Source of the DNA: a virus
Lineage: Duplodnaviria > Caudoviricetes
Length of the DNA stretch: 63,827 nt
Strand: one strand, 5' to 3'
Virus record (IMG/VR): IMGVR_UViG_3300033153_004497
Coordinates: 1-63,827 of that record
In this document: piece by piece, positions 29,728 through 38,997 of the stretch
Position numbering within the stretch: the first letter of the stretch is position 1
Layout: each line of letters begins with the position of its first letter
Notes under the pieces: generated by a model
Database searches by the model: none
Told to the model about the DNA's origin: nothing
Seen by the model: the letters and a program-made list of their open reading frames with translations, nothing else
Position numbers and translations under genes: made by a program

Positions 29728-29840
29728 AAAAAAGCCCCATCAACAAGGGCAGGTTGCTAATGAGGCTCCACCCATTCACAGGGGGATAGTTCTGTGAGGC
29801 ATAGGCAGAATCATTATCACATGGTTTTTCTTGTTGTCAA
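29728..29840 (-). ncRNA. Candidate sRNA-2 (about 79 nt) with its own promoter and terminator
   Basis: TTGACA(29840-29835)-N16-GATAAT; hairpin UCACAG-[AACUAUCCCC]-CUGUGA; 14-bp terminator stem with loop CCUGCCC and a U-run. Confidence 0.7.
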
Positions 29841-29868
29841 CTGTTGTGGGGGGTTGTAGTTAGCCAAC

Positions 29869-29984
29869 AAAAAAGCCCCAACATTTCTGAAGGGGCTTAG
29901 ATGTCACACGACAAACAATCAAAACACGAATAGGTGACAGCAATCACCTGAACTTAATTATAACTTACGGGCTTCATTTGTCAA
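29869..29984 (-). ncRNA. Candidate sRNA-1 (about 82 nt) with its own promoter and terminator
   Basis: TTGACA(29984-29979)-N16-TATAAT; 5' hairpin AGGUGA/UCACCU; G/U-rich middle; AAGCCCC/GGGGCUU terminator with U-run. Confidence 0.7.
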
Positions 29985-30377
29985 TCACTTACTGAGCAGT
30001 TGTTCATTGATTTGATCGAACTGTTTATTCAATTTTCGGATATCGTTTTTTAACTTTTGGACATACTCCGCACTAGGTTGTTTTTTTTGTTGCTCCCGAA
30101 ATAATCTGTCTTCAAGAATGTCCAACCGAATCTGAGTCAGGGCAAGAGCGTTCTGCAAATCTGCTACTTGTCGAGAGTCATCAATAGATTTGAATTGCCC
30201 CGCAACATCCATAGACATTGTATTAAATTCTGCACTGACTTCAACCGTGTGGGCATGTCGCTCATCAATTTGAAAGACCGCACCAGTAACCAGAATTAAA
30301 ATTGTAACTCCCCCAGATATCATAGCAATCACCTTTGATACAGTTGTGAATTTTCCATCTTCCGTTTTGATCTTCAT
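29985..30377 (-). CDS. Membrane-anchored coiled-coil protein
   Basis: One transmembrane segment followed by a coiled coil; last gene of the late operon. Confidence 0.6.
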   Translation of the reverse strand: MKIKTEDGKFTTVSKVIAMISGGVTILILVTGAVFQIDERHAHTVEVSAEFNTMSMDVAGQFKSIDDSRQVADLQNALALTQIRLDILEDRLFREQQKKQPSAEYVQKLKNDIRKLNKQFDQINEQLLSK

Positions 30378-30477
30378 AATTATTTCTTCGGGGGTCTGGG
30401 TTTGTATTTATCTTTAGCCATTGTTATTTCTCTTCACTGGTTTCCGCAAAAACTTCTTGGGTTGCTGTGGTAGCTTT

Positions 30478-30870
30478 TTACCCGTCACCATCTATCTGTT
30501 CCCGCATGTTGTCAGAATCATTTTTCAGTTTATCAATCTTATTGTTGAACGTAATAATACATTCCCGATAATAGGCAACAACTCCACGCTGATCAATTAT
30601 GTATCTGATAGTTTCCTTTGTGTTGATTGCCAGATTTTCATAATCCTCTGGGGTCAGTGCCACCCACCAGATTCCTGCCATGTCTTGAATCGCTCTTGGC
30701 TTGATCGGTCTTGCATTTATTGATGTAACTTTTTGGGCATCAGGACAAACCACGGGAACATAGACAGGAACATTTTTTACTACAATCTTTTCTTTGGTGA
30801 AAACTCCGCACCCAGAAAGTGATACTAAGGTCAAAAAGAAAAAGACTAAATAGGCACTACTTAGTCGCAT
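30478..30870 (-). CDS. o-spanin (lipoprotein)
   Basis: Signal peptide with LSGC lipobox, Pro-rich segment, overlaps the i-spanin. Confidence 0.75.
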   Translation of the reverse strand: MRLSSAYLVFFFLTLVSLSGCGVFTKEKIVVKNVPVYVPVVCPDAQKVTSINARPIKPRAIQDMAGIWWVALTPEDYENLAINTKETIRYIIDQRGVVAYYRECIITFNNKIDKLKNDSDNMREQIDGDG

Positions 30871-31252
30871 CTTCTAATTCCCCCAAAACTTTTGCCGTAG
30901 CTTTTATCATTCTGTTTTCTATAAGTCCCGGTTTCTTTTCAAGCAACATTCTGAAGTCATGACCCTGAAAAAGATTTCGCACGTACTCAACTTGCTTGCG
31001 GGATTCTTCACGCTCAGCACTGAGCTTAATTATTTGCTGTTGGAATGCTGCTACCTGATCAGCTTGAAATTCATTTGCGATTTCCGCAGTGGCAAGATTA
31101 CCTTCAGAAACTTCTAGCTCCGTAGTCAGAACTTGTATCTGAGAATCCTTAGCAGCAATGATTAATTCTTTTGCCTGAACCTGAATGTACAACCACCCGC
31201 ACAAAACTCCCAGAGCAGCCATTCCAATTAACCCAAGTTTCAATCCCATCAA
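30857..31252 (-). CDS. i-spanin
   Basis: N-terminal TM, coiled coil, KKPGLIE motif. Confidence 0.75.
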   Translation of the reverse strand: MMGLKLGLIGMAALGVLCGWLYIQVQAKELIIAAKDSQIQVLTTELEVSEGNLATAEIANEFQADQVAAFQQQIIKLSAEREESRKQVEYVRNLFQGHDFRMLLEKKPGLIENRMIKATAKVLGELEDATK

Positions 31253-31277
31253 TATTCACTCCACGTATCATCTGGCA

Positions 31278-31556
31278 TCAGTCACCCTCTTTTGCTTTCC
31301 AGACCCTACCCGATTCCAGATAAGAAGTTGTCATGCCTTTTGCTAATCCCGCAATAGCAGGGATTGTCAAACCACCGAAAGCAGTATAAGCAGCAAGTTT
31401 CCAATCTGAAATTTCAGGAAGTTCAATAAGCTTGAAATAAAATTGGGTAAAGTCAACCGTGTACCACAGGACAAAAGAATAAGTCGCAAGCAAAAGCAAT
31501 CTTGGGATGAGTCGAAACGCATCCATTACTTCCGCAACTTTTAACCAGTTATCCAA
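31278..31556 (-). CDS. Holin candidate
   Basis: Two TM segments with DAFRLIPR motif, inside the lysis cassette. Confidence 0.55.
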   Translation of the reverse strand: MDNWLKVAEVMDAFRLIPRLLLLATYSFVLWYTVDFTQFYFKLIELPEISDWKLAAYTAFGGLTIPAIAGLAKGMTTSYLESGRVWKAKEGD

Positions 31557-31677
31557 AGAGCATCCAACTCCCTAGCAGAGCAACGAGAATACCCAACGCA
31601 AATGCATAGCGTTTTTTAGGTATCAATTCATTCCCTGTGTCCATTAAAAAGTTCCAAGCTATCTTTAACATTTCCAT
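31549..31677 (-). CDS. Small membrane protein
   Basis: 42 aa with a C-terminal TM. Confidence 0.45.
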   Translation of the reverse strand: MEMLKIAWNFLMDTGNELIPKKRYAFALGILVALLGSWMLFG

Positions 31678-31687
31678 CTTACTTCTC

Positions 31688-32197
31688 CTACGGTATTGTA
31701 AATGCTTGCCCCCGATTATCTTTCCCTGCCCATGAAACATGAACCCAACCAGAATCAGGAACACCCTTTTTGGGGAACTCTCTGATTAGCTGATCAAATT
31801 CAAAATCCTTTTTAATCAGATCGAACAGGTCATCATTTGACATACTTGAAACTTCTATATCAATAGCCGAACCTTTGGGATGTGATTTCCTTTTAAAATA
31901 TTCTGCCCATGAACTCAGGTCAACCCGATATTCATTTTTCGCACACCATCTACGATAGGCACTTTGGGTCAAACGCTTTTCCAGAGTTTCACACCTGAAC
32001 CAAGATTGGGGCATCATAGCCCCAACTTCATTTCGTAGGGGTTGAAGTAAGTGCTTCACCAACTCCTGAACATTAAAAATAATAACCTTGTCATCAGTTA
32101 CATTATTAATTTCTAGTCGCTCAGCAGTCGATGACTTCCAAACTTCATACCACCTAAAATTTGGACACTTCTTTACAATCAAATTAGTATCTTTCAT
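31688..32197 (-). CDS. Endolysin, peptidase M15A family
   Basis: SWFRC..L, SHPKGSAID, FDQLIRE, WVHVS. Confidence 0.85.
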   Translation of the reverse strand: MKDTNLIVKKCPNFRWYEVWKSSTAERLEINNVTDDKVIIFNVQELVKHLLQPLRNEVGAMMPQSWFRCETLEKRLTQSAYRRWCAKNEYRVDLSSWAEYFKRKSHPKGSAIDIEVSSMSNDDLFDLIKKDFEFDQLIREFPKKGVPDSGWVHVSWAGKDNRGQAFTIP

Positions 32198-32208
32198 TTC
32201 TCATCTCA

Positions 32209-32481
32209 TTAAGGTTTATCCATTTTTTTATCTAGCTTGTTGGATATGGCATCCAGTTTTTTAAACAACGCACCACCCATTACATCTAGTTGATCTTTGG
32301 TCACATAATTCGTGGGCAAGGCAATTTTGATAGAGTAAATTTCTTTAGTCAGTAATGCATCCTGTTTGGTCAGTTCATCCATCTTGTTAAATACTCTGTT
32401 CACGATAAAGCCCAATCCAAAACTAATAAGTGCCAACGCTACATTGAACAGAGTTTGAAAAGTAACATGTTCGAAGTCCAT
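32209..32481 (-). CDS. Holin-like/membrane coiled-coil protein
   Basis: One TM plus LPTNYVTKD and coiled coil, upstream of the endolysin. Confidence 0.55.
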   Translation of the reverse strand: MDFEHVTFQTLFNVALALISFGLGFIVNRVFNKMDELTKQDALLTKEIYSIKIALPTNYVTKDQLDVMGGALFKKLDAISNKLDKKMDKP

Positions 32482-33436
32482 TACGGTCTATTCCTTGCCC
32501 GACCATTCCGACCACCGTTACCTTCGGCTTCAGCACGATCATCATTCATGATTTCAATTGACAATTTCAGTCTCCGTACTTCCACGGTATTTGTTCCAGT
32601 TCCCGCAACTCTGCGAACCTGAATAATAAATGTAGGGGTTGCGCCCTCAGCATACTGGCGAAAATCCCAACCTGATCTGCTATCCCAATTATCGGTAGCC
32701 CCATGAAAAGTTGACTCAGCCAATTCCTGTGCCGCATCTACATCCTCAACTCGCAGCTTAGGGAGAGTGTCAACCCCCGATTGCAAACGAGCTTCCATAT
32801 TCCACGCAATACGATACCTACCTTGTGCCAGTGGTTTACAGACAAGAGTGAGCACAGTTGAAAACGCACCCGCACCCTTAGTCTGAACAGCATTGTGTTC
32901 TGTCTTCTGCCAAACCCGATTTCTTTCTGTGACTATGTTACCCATTAGAAAATAAAGTCCTCAATTTCAACAAGATTCCCACCAGTGGTTTCATATTCCT
33001 TCAGCTTCGCCACCAGAGTTTTACCCGCAGGGGCAACACCGTATTCAGCCAACAATCCACTCTTCTCAAATAACAGAACTTCGATCACTCCCGTAACATC
33101 ATCAACGGCAATACACACAAGAACAAATTTATTCAGTTCATCAATTACGGTAGTCAGATCATCAACGAGATACGTTCCAATATTCACGGTCACTGTCAAA
33201 ACAGCAGCCGTACAAGTCGGTAACTCTACTGCTTCCAAGATAGCTTCAGCAGCAGTTATATCTGGGGTTCCTGTCAGATGAATTGCAAGTCTATCCCCGT
33301 CTGCCCCAAAATTAGCTGAAGCCCCGTCTGCTTCAACAGGGTATTCAAACTTAGATCGTGCATCCACAACCTGAAGGGCTGAATGAAGACCTACATCTTT
33401 TCTGATTGAAACATCAGTCATTATGTCACTCTCCAT
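32481..33436 (-). CDS. Two virion-associated hypothetical proteins (32481-32945 and 32945-33436)
   Basis: Coupled ORFs; the first resembles the C-terminal beta domain of 33421-35997. Confidence 0.55.
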
Positions 33437-35997
33437 AAAGTTAGGGTTACATCTTTTATTGTAGCAGTACCACCCGCAGCATTATAATCTACATCAATAT
33501 CATGCGCCCCATTCAACGTAAGAATTTGATGACCCCCTCTCGGAGAATCCCAATTGCTTCCATCACGACCACGTGTTGTAAACTCAGTTAGATCAGTAGA
33601 ATCGTCTAATTGAACCCTGCCATCTACCCCCTGTTCCGTGCCTGTATTACCAGAAGTCATTGCCCATGCTAAATAATAATCCCCCGCAGGAACAACGACA
33701 GACATTTTCAGTTTTTGTTGAAAAGTACTTGAAGTCGTAGTTGATAAACCTAAACTTGCAGCAGTATTATATTCAGTACCAAAGATAATTTCAGGAGCAC
33801 CCGCACCGGGATTCGCTTCATTCGCGGGACGCAACAGAATGTGTGCTGTGCCACCTTCATCATCATCCGTAACATTGAACGCAGCAGGGTCTATAATACC
33901 CACATCACCTGTAAGAATTTCGTATGCCCAACCAAGTGAGCAACCGTTACCACCACCCGCAGTAACCACACTTCCAAGACCGTTTGGATCGGTGTACCCC
34001 GCAGGAACAGAACCATAGACACCCAGATCATCATCATGCCACCAGACAGGCAGAGAAACACAACCCCTTGTGATCGGCGTATTGGCAGGAGGATTTGGAT
34101 TTGCAGTAGCAGTATGCGTGTCCAAGGTGATTGCCACATCAAGAATCGTAGTCGGGTCTGCTGTTCTCCAACTTGACATCTTGGCAACCATTCCCACCGC
34201 AACTGCAACAGTACAGGTTGCTATATAACTGGCAGGTTCTGACAAAGCCTTACGGGTGAATATTGAAGTTTCTGGGGTTGATGGGGCAGCACCACCAGAC
34301 CCCGCATTTGCTACAGGATTATCCCACCCTGCAATTGCACTGATAACCCCATCTTCACCATCCGTCTGCGTGACCACCAACACCATGTTGTCACCATCGA
34401 CTGTTCCCGCAGGTACATTGATCGTCACAGAATTGACAGTACTGGTTGCTTCAGTCGAAGCTACGAAAGTTATTGGGTCTGGTGTCGGTAGTGGCACACC
34501 TACACCATCACCAGAATGGATTGCCAGAAAAGTGACTTCTGTATTGTTCGTAATCCCCGTGCCTTGACCCTCTGAATTATCTAACTTGAAAGTATAAACA
34601 TTCCCGTTCAATTCAGGGTCAACACCAAGTTCTACAATAATAAATTTAGTAGCATCTGTTTTATCTTGCAGATATATCAGGTCATCTACACCCAACAGAT
34701 TCAGGAAATTAGTCATGTCCGTGCCACCATCATTTGTCTTATGGACATACATTTCTGTAGCCAAATCAACAGTGGCATTGTTAAAGTGGATTCTTCCCGT
34801 TAGTGGGAAAGCATCTACCGCAGTTCGATATCTCCATATACCAAATCCTTGAAATCCACCACCACCTCCCGCAGCAGGGGTTCCCGCAAGTGTTTTTACT
34901 GTCAAGCTTGAATGTCTCGCAAGCGTGGTTGCCGTTGTAGCAGCCGTATCCAGTATTCCAGAAATACGCAGAATATCCCCTGCTGTCAAATCCAGAATCA
35001 GGGTAGTAGTGGTGGTGGTTCCTGTCATGAGCGTCCGAATATACGCTTTGGTTGTAGTTCCAAGTACCTCAACACTATTTAGTTCTAACCATGCTCTCAG
35101 GGTTGTGCGGGTTCCAGTGGTGCGAGTTGCCCCCACTCTGAAGGAAATTTCATAAGTTCCTGTGACATTGATGGTTAATTCATCCGCAGCTAAAGTGAAA
35201 GACCCTCCCCCACTATCCTTTCGAACCGTATCCAGATTAAAAATGATAGGCGTAATGGTATCAAGCAGTTGCCCACCTGTATTATCGTAGACATCAAATA
35301 CTCTTGGGGGAGCACCTGCACCATCCGCACCATCCGCACCCGCAGCACCATCCGCACCTTTAACACCTTTGGCACTGATCACACTAATCCGTGTACTGGA
35401 ATGAAGTAAATTTCCTGCACCAGAAGCCTGTATTTGAAAAGTAAGATATTGTCCTGCTGTCAGCAGAGCAACAATTGATAAACTAGCAGCACCAATTTCA
35501 TCATCATCCGTTCCAGTTCTTAAACTACCCGGAACCTCAGTCGTGTCATCAATCAGAAATCTGAAATCAATCTGCTCTTCAAGGGCATCGGCATCATAGG
35601 ACACATCCGCATTGAGAAAGTACAACCCCGTATCTTTAATGAGTATCCGTTCAGTGTTAATCCCGTCATGCTCAATAACAGCAGCAACATTTTCAATGTG
35701 AGTTGTGTTCCACGTTACATTAGCAAAAGCAGGGGATGCTATTGCTGAACTTGTGGTATTGCTTAAAACAACTGCTTCCAAATCTCCTGCTACGGCAGCA
35801 GAAGTGACTATTTCCCAATCAGTATCAAGGGCATCTATTTTTTTCCAATGCTCACCCACACCCCCATTGTCCCGAAGATATATCGAGCCAATAGGGGCAT
35901 TAAGACCGGGGGCAGTAGGGTCAGCAGTACCCGAAAGAATACCACCCAAGTCATTAACGACAATGGATGGTACTTCAAATGCCTTTTCAACAGACAC
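33421..35997 (-). CDS. Multi-domain fibre/decoration protein (C1q/BclA-like domains, short collagen repeat)
   Basis: Two 'GxYxI...L.LTAG(Q/D).L' domains, GVKGADGAAGADGADG, Gly/Thr/Ala-rich. Confidence 0.65.
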   Translation of the reverse strand: MSVEKAFEVPSIVVNDLGGILSGTADPTAPGLNAPIGSIYLRDNGGVGEHWKKIDALDTDWEIVTSAAVAGDLEAVVLSNTTSSAIASPAFANVTWNTTHIENVAAVIEHDGINTERILIKDTGLYFLNADVSYDADALEEQIDFRFLIDDTTEVPGSLRTGTDDDEIGAASLSIVALLTAGQYLTFQIQASGAGNLLHSSTRISVISAKGVKGADGAAGADGADGAGAPPRVFDVYDNTGGQLLDTITPIIFNLDTVRKDSGGGSFTLAADELTINVTGTYEISFRVGATRTTGTRTTLRAWLELNSVEVLGTTTKAYIRTLMTGTTTTTTLILDLTAGDILRISGILDTAATTATTLARHSSLTVKTLAGTPAAGGGGGFQGFGIWRYRTAVDAFPLTGRIHFNNATVDLATEMYVHKTNDGGTDMTNFLNLLGVDDLIYLQDKTDATKFIIVELGVDPELNGNVYTFKLDNSEGQGTGITNNTEVTFLAIHSGDGVGVPLPTPDPITFVASTEATSTVNSVTINVPAGTVDGDNMVLVVTQTDGEDGVISAIAGWDNPVANAGSGGAAPSTPETSIFTRKALSEPASYIATCTVAVAVGMVAKMSSWRTADPTTILDVAITLDTHTATANPNPPANTPITRGCVSLPVWWHDDDLGVYGSVPAGYTDPNGLGSVVTAGGGNGCSLGWAYEILTGDVGIIDPAAFNVTDDDEGGTAHILLRPANEANPGAGAPEIIFGTEYNTAASLGLSTTTSSTFQQKLKMSVVVPAGDYYLAWAMTSGNTGTEQGVDGRVQLDDSTDLTEFTTRGRDGSNWDSPRGGHQILTLNGAHDIDVDYNAAGGTATIKDVTLTLWRVT

Positions 35998-36010
35998 AGA
36001 GACTTACCTC

Positions 36011-37204
36011 TTAGGCAGTTAAGACAACTTCTCTTATTGCACGAACATCAACCGCAGTAGTAGAAGTCACCAGAAGTCGCATTACCTGAGCGACACCTGC
36101 ACCCGAAACATCGACATTAAATGTTAAGCCAACAATATTTCCCATTTTCAATTTGGCGTAAACAGTGTAATCAGTGTCCGTTGCATCAGCACCCGCACCA
36201 TTGATATGTCCATCATGGGTAGCAAATATTTCTACTGCCCTTTTCAGTGCTGCATCAGCTAAGAGATTTCCTTCAATCATCACACTCCATTTAACAAGCG
36301 ACACAGTATCAGCTAACACACTATCAATGACCGTTTGTGCCGTAACATTGGCTTGAGAAGATTCAGTACGTGCCTTCAGAATATCCGCTTCGGCAATATC
36401 CAGATCACTCTGGGTTGTACCAAGCTGAGCATCCAACGCACCAATCGCTGTTTCAAGGCTAGTGGTATTGACAACAAAGTTGGTTGAACTATAGGTGGGG
36501 GTTTCAGCACCCGCAGCACTTTTACCAATGAAGGTACGAATGAATCCAAGTTCAGCCTGAGTTGCAGCATCCGCAATCTTCACGAAGTTCAGGGTTGTGG
36601 TATCAACAACAATTGGGTTGTTGGTAGTCAATGACCAATAGGTGTCATCATTTAAAGTTCCTTCTTCAACACCAACCTGAAGGGCAGCAGTAACTTCACC
36701 GTCTTCATCTGTGTCCGTTCTACGAGTCAGAACAAACGCCACACCCGCAGTACCCTCTGTGGTCATTTCATACAGACCATGATCTGCATGTCCCGGTGCT
36801 CCCGCTTCATCCTTAACAAGAAGGTCATCACCCAGAACCATTGCAACACCATCAACGGTAAGTATGCCAACCGCAACTGCTGTCAGGGTTGCGCCGACTC
36901 CCGCACCCAATTGAGTGTAAGCAGGAAGGGCAGCATCAGTTGCTAACCGAACTGAATCCTTCCAATCGATTCCGCTTTGCTGTCCTGCAAAATCTTCGGT
37001 TGCTAACTTCTTCCATTTGTCTGTGCCTGCCCCCACAGTGACTTTCATGAATACGCCACCATCAGCAGTATTCGTATAGTGGGAACCGACAACTGCTGCG
37101 TCCGTATCGGTTGAGGCTCCGGGAACTCCTGCCCCCGTCAAATATGCGGAGCTACTATCAATCTGCAACCCCTTTTCAATATCAAATAATGCTTGTGTCA
37201 TCAC
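36011..37204 (-). CDS. Fibre-like structural protein
   Basis: WKDSVRLAT...VDGV...LLVKDE...GLY...LTR domain typical of phage fibres. Confidence 0.65.
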   Translation of the reverse strand: MMTQALFDIEKGLQIDSSSAYLTGAGVPGASTDTDAAVVGSHYTNTADGGVFMKVTVGAGTDKWKKLATEDFAGQQSGIDWKDSVRLATDAALPAYTQLGAGVGATLTAVAVGILTVDGVAMVLGDDLLVKDEAGAPGHADHGLYEMTTEGTAGVAFVLTRRTDTDEDGEVTAALQVGVEEGTLNDDTYWSLTTNNPIVVDTTTLNFVKIADAATQAELGFIRTFIGKSAAGAETPTYSSTNFVVNTTSLETAIGALDAQLGTTQSDLDIAEADILKARTESSQANVTAQTVIDSVLADTVSLVKWSVMIEGNLLADAALKRAVEIFATHDGHINGAGADATDTDYTVYAKLKMGNIVGLTFNVDVSGAGVAQVMRLLVTSTTAVDVRAIREVVLTA

Positions 37205-37242
37205 AGTGCTCCAATCATATTAAGTAGTCTCATCTCATCTCA

Positions 37243-37710
37243 TCATACTGTTGTGGCAATTCGTACTGCACTTATGGCAATAGAATTAGCACTGTTGTTC
37301 GTAATCTTCAATCTGATAAATCCTGCTAGTATATCCACATCGGTTATCACTGAAATTGTATCTCCAATCAATCCGAAAACCGAATGTGCAGGAACCGTAT
37401 CGTTGTGTATTGCAATTACTTCATAAAATTTAAACGTCCCTGCAACCTGATCTTTAATTGTCACCAACCATTTCACTGATCGATAAGTTAAAATTGCCAC
37501 CGCATCAGCAACCTGAGTTGCAGCAGGGGCAACGGGGCCAGTATCAATTTGCAATGCCCCAACACCATCTTGTCCTGCTGGCCCTTGTTCACATGCGACA
37601 ATGACAACCTTTTCATCTGGGGTGACAATGACATTGGTTAATATCTCGTTGGCAAGAACAACATTATCACAATCGATTTCCTTAACCAGAATGCAACTGT
37701 TTTCACTCAC
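37243..37710 (-). CDS. Structural protein paralogous to the C-terminus of 36011-37204
   Basis: Shared VKW.V.I...E..A.H pattern. Confidence 0.6.
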   Translation of the reverse strand: MSENSCILVKEIDCDNVVLANEILTNVIVTPDEKVVIVACEQGPAGQDGVGALQIDTGPVAPAATQVADAVAILTYRSVKWLVTIKDQVAGTFKFYEVIAIHNDTVPAHSVFGLIGDTISVITDVDILAGFIRLKITNNSANSIAISAVRIATTV

Positions 37711-38075
37711 CTAGTAACCTCAGTGGATAGCTGAAAAGTTCCTTCAATTAATCGGGTCACAATTCCCGCAGGGCTTTCAACTTCCAGATCATAAAATCCT
37801 GACTCAATTACCATTGCTGCTGTGTCGATATCGTCAATGAATAAATCGATTTCCCCGTTTGCACCCCCAATTGTTATTCTCCCGTTTCCATTTGTCAGTT
37901 CTATAATTGCGGGGTCTGGACTATCTTTTTCTTCCCGCAAATGCATCCGTGCTGAATACCCTGTGATATCAATTGGATTTCCTGCTGCGGGAAAAGTGGG
38001 GTCATCTGCCCACGTTAATTTCTTTTGATATGTCGAACCCTGTTCGATAACTATATTGAGTGTTCCTGCTGTCAT
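37707..38075 (-). CDS. Fibre adaptor-type beta-sandwich protein
   Basis: IEQGST...PIDITGYSARM..R...YDLEV...RLIEG...EVTR. Confidence 0.7.
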   Translation of the reverse strand: MTAGTLNIVIEQGSTYQKKLTWADDPTFPAAGNPIDITGYSARMHLREEKDSPDPAIIELTNGNGRITIGGANGEIDLFIDDIDTAAMVIESGFYDLEVESPAGIVTRLIEGTFQLSTEVTR

Positions 38076-38087
38076 GATTACAACCCC

Positions 38088-38315
38088 TCAACTATAGTTG
38101 TTGTGTGTACGCACAAGATTTCTCAACTGAAGAAGTTGGTTGTCATGTGAGCAGCAACAAGAATTAGTGTATTCAAGAGACCAGTCTTCCATCGACTTTT
38201 CACTTGGATTCTTTAACTTAAATTTTGACCCATCAAAGGACACGAACTCACAACCACTCATTTTCATGTAAGCAGCTAAAGCTATATCCCTGATTTCTAA
38301 AACTAAAGTTCTCAT
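38088..38315 (-). CDS. Small hypothetical protein (DUF5659-like)
   Basis: DIALAAYM..G motif. Confidence 0.5.
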   Translation of the reverse strand: MRTLVLEIRDIALAAYMKMSGCEFVSFDGSKFKLKNPSEKSMEDWSLEYTNSCCCSHDNQLLQLRNLVRTHNNYS

Positions 38316-38394
38316 CTCGTTAAACCAAATTATTAACTTCAAGTGTAAAACCTCCTAACGCTTTGCGCTATAGCAGATTGATACTAAGATCAAA

Positions 38395-38997
38395 TCAATG
38401 AAGAATATCAACATGCCCCGTCATCTCTACAATAAAACTCAGCCCCACTTCTTTAGCAATTGCATCTTTCACTGCATCCGACATCTCAAACACAGGGGCA
38501 GGATGGGTGTGTGTCAGTGGTTCATGCGTATGCTTAACAAGCACAGGAGCCACCACAGGATGATTGTGAGACAAATCGGGGGGTGGATGGGTGTGTTCTG
38601 GAAGATCGTAGCTTAGAGGGGCTTCAGGGGCTTCATGAGTATGCTCACGAATCTCCCGCTGATTGTCAGTGATTGTCTGCATTCCCACTTTAATATCTGC
38701 CTGAAGTCTAAGAAGTTCATCCACTACAAAACTATCTGTGGCTTCCTGTGCTGTCTGTGGTTCATCGATCAGTCCCAACTCAATAGCAGCATCCTTGAAG
38801 GGGGTTGTGTCTGTCACCTGTCCCATGATTGCCGTACCAGATACACCAAAGAACATTGCCCATAAAACCATAGCAACCTTTTTTGTGGCAAGGGCAATCT
38901 TAATCCAAGAAATTATCCTTTCAAAAGGTGTAGGGTCTGGTATTTCAATCTGGGCTTCATGGTGATGTCTAGCCCTATCTGTAATGTCATCGTTCAT
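38395..38997 (-). CDS. Membrane protein with His-x-His/Pro repeats
   Basis: TM segment followed by EHTHE, EHTHP, SHNHP, KHTHE and THTHP. Confidence 0.6.
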   Translation of the reverse strand: MNDDITDRARHHHEAQIEIPDPTPFERIISWIKIALATKKVAMVLWAMFFGVSGTAIMGQVTDTTPFKDAAIELGLIDEPQTAQEATDSFVVDELLRLQADIKVGMQTITDNQREIREHTHEAPEAPLSYDLPEHTHPPPDLSHNHPVVAPVLVKHTHEPLTHTHPAPVFEMSDAVKDAIAKEVGLSFIVEMTGHVDILH

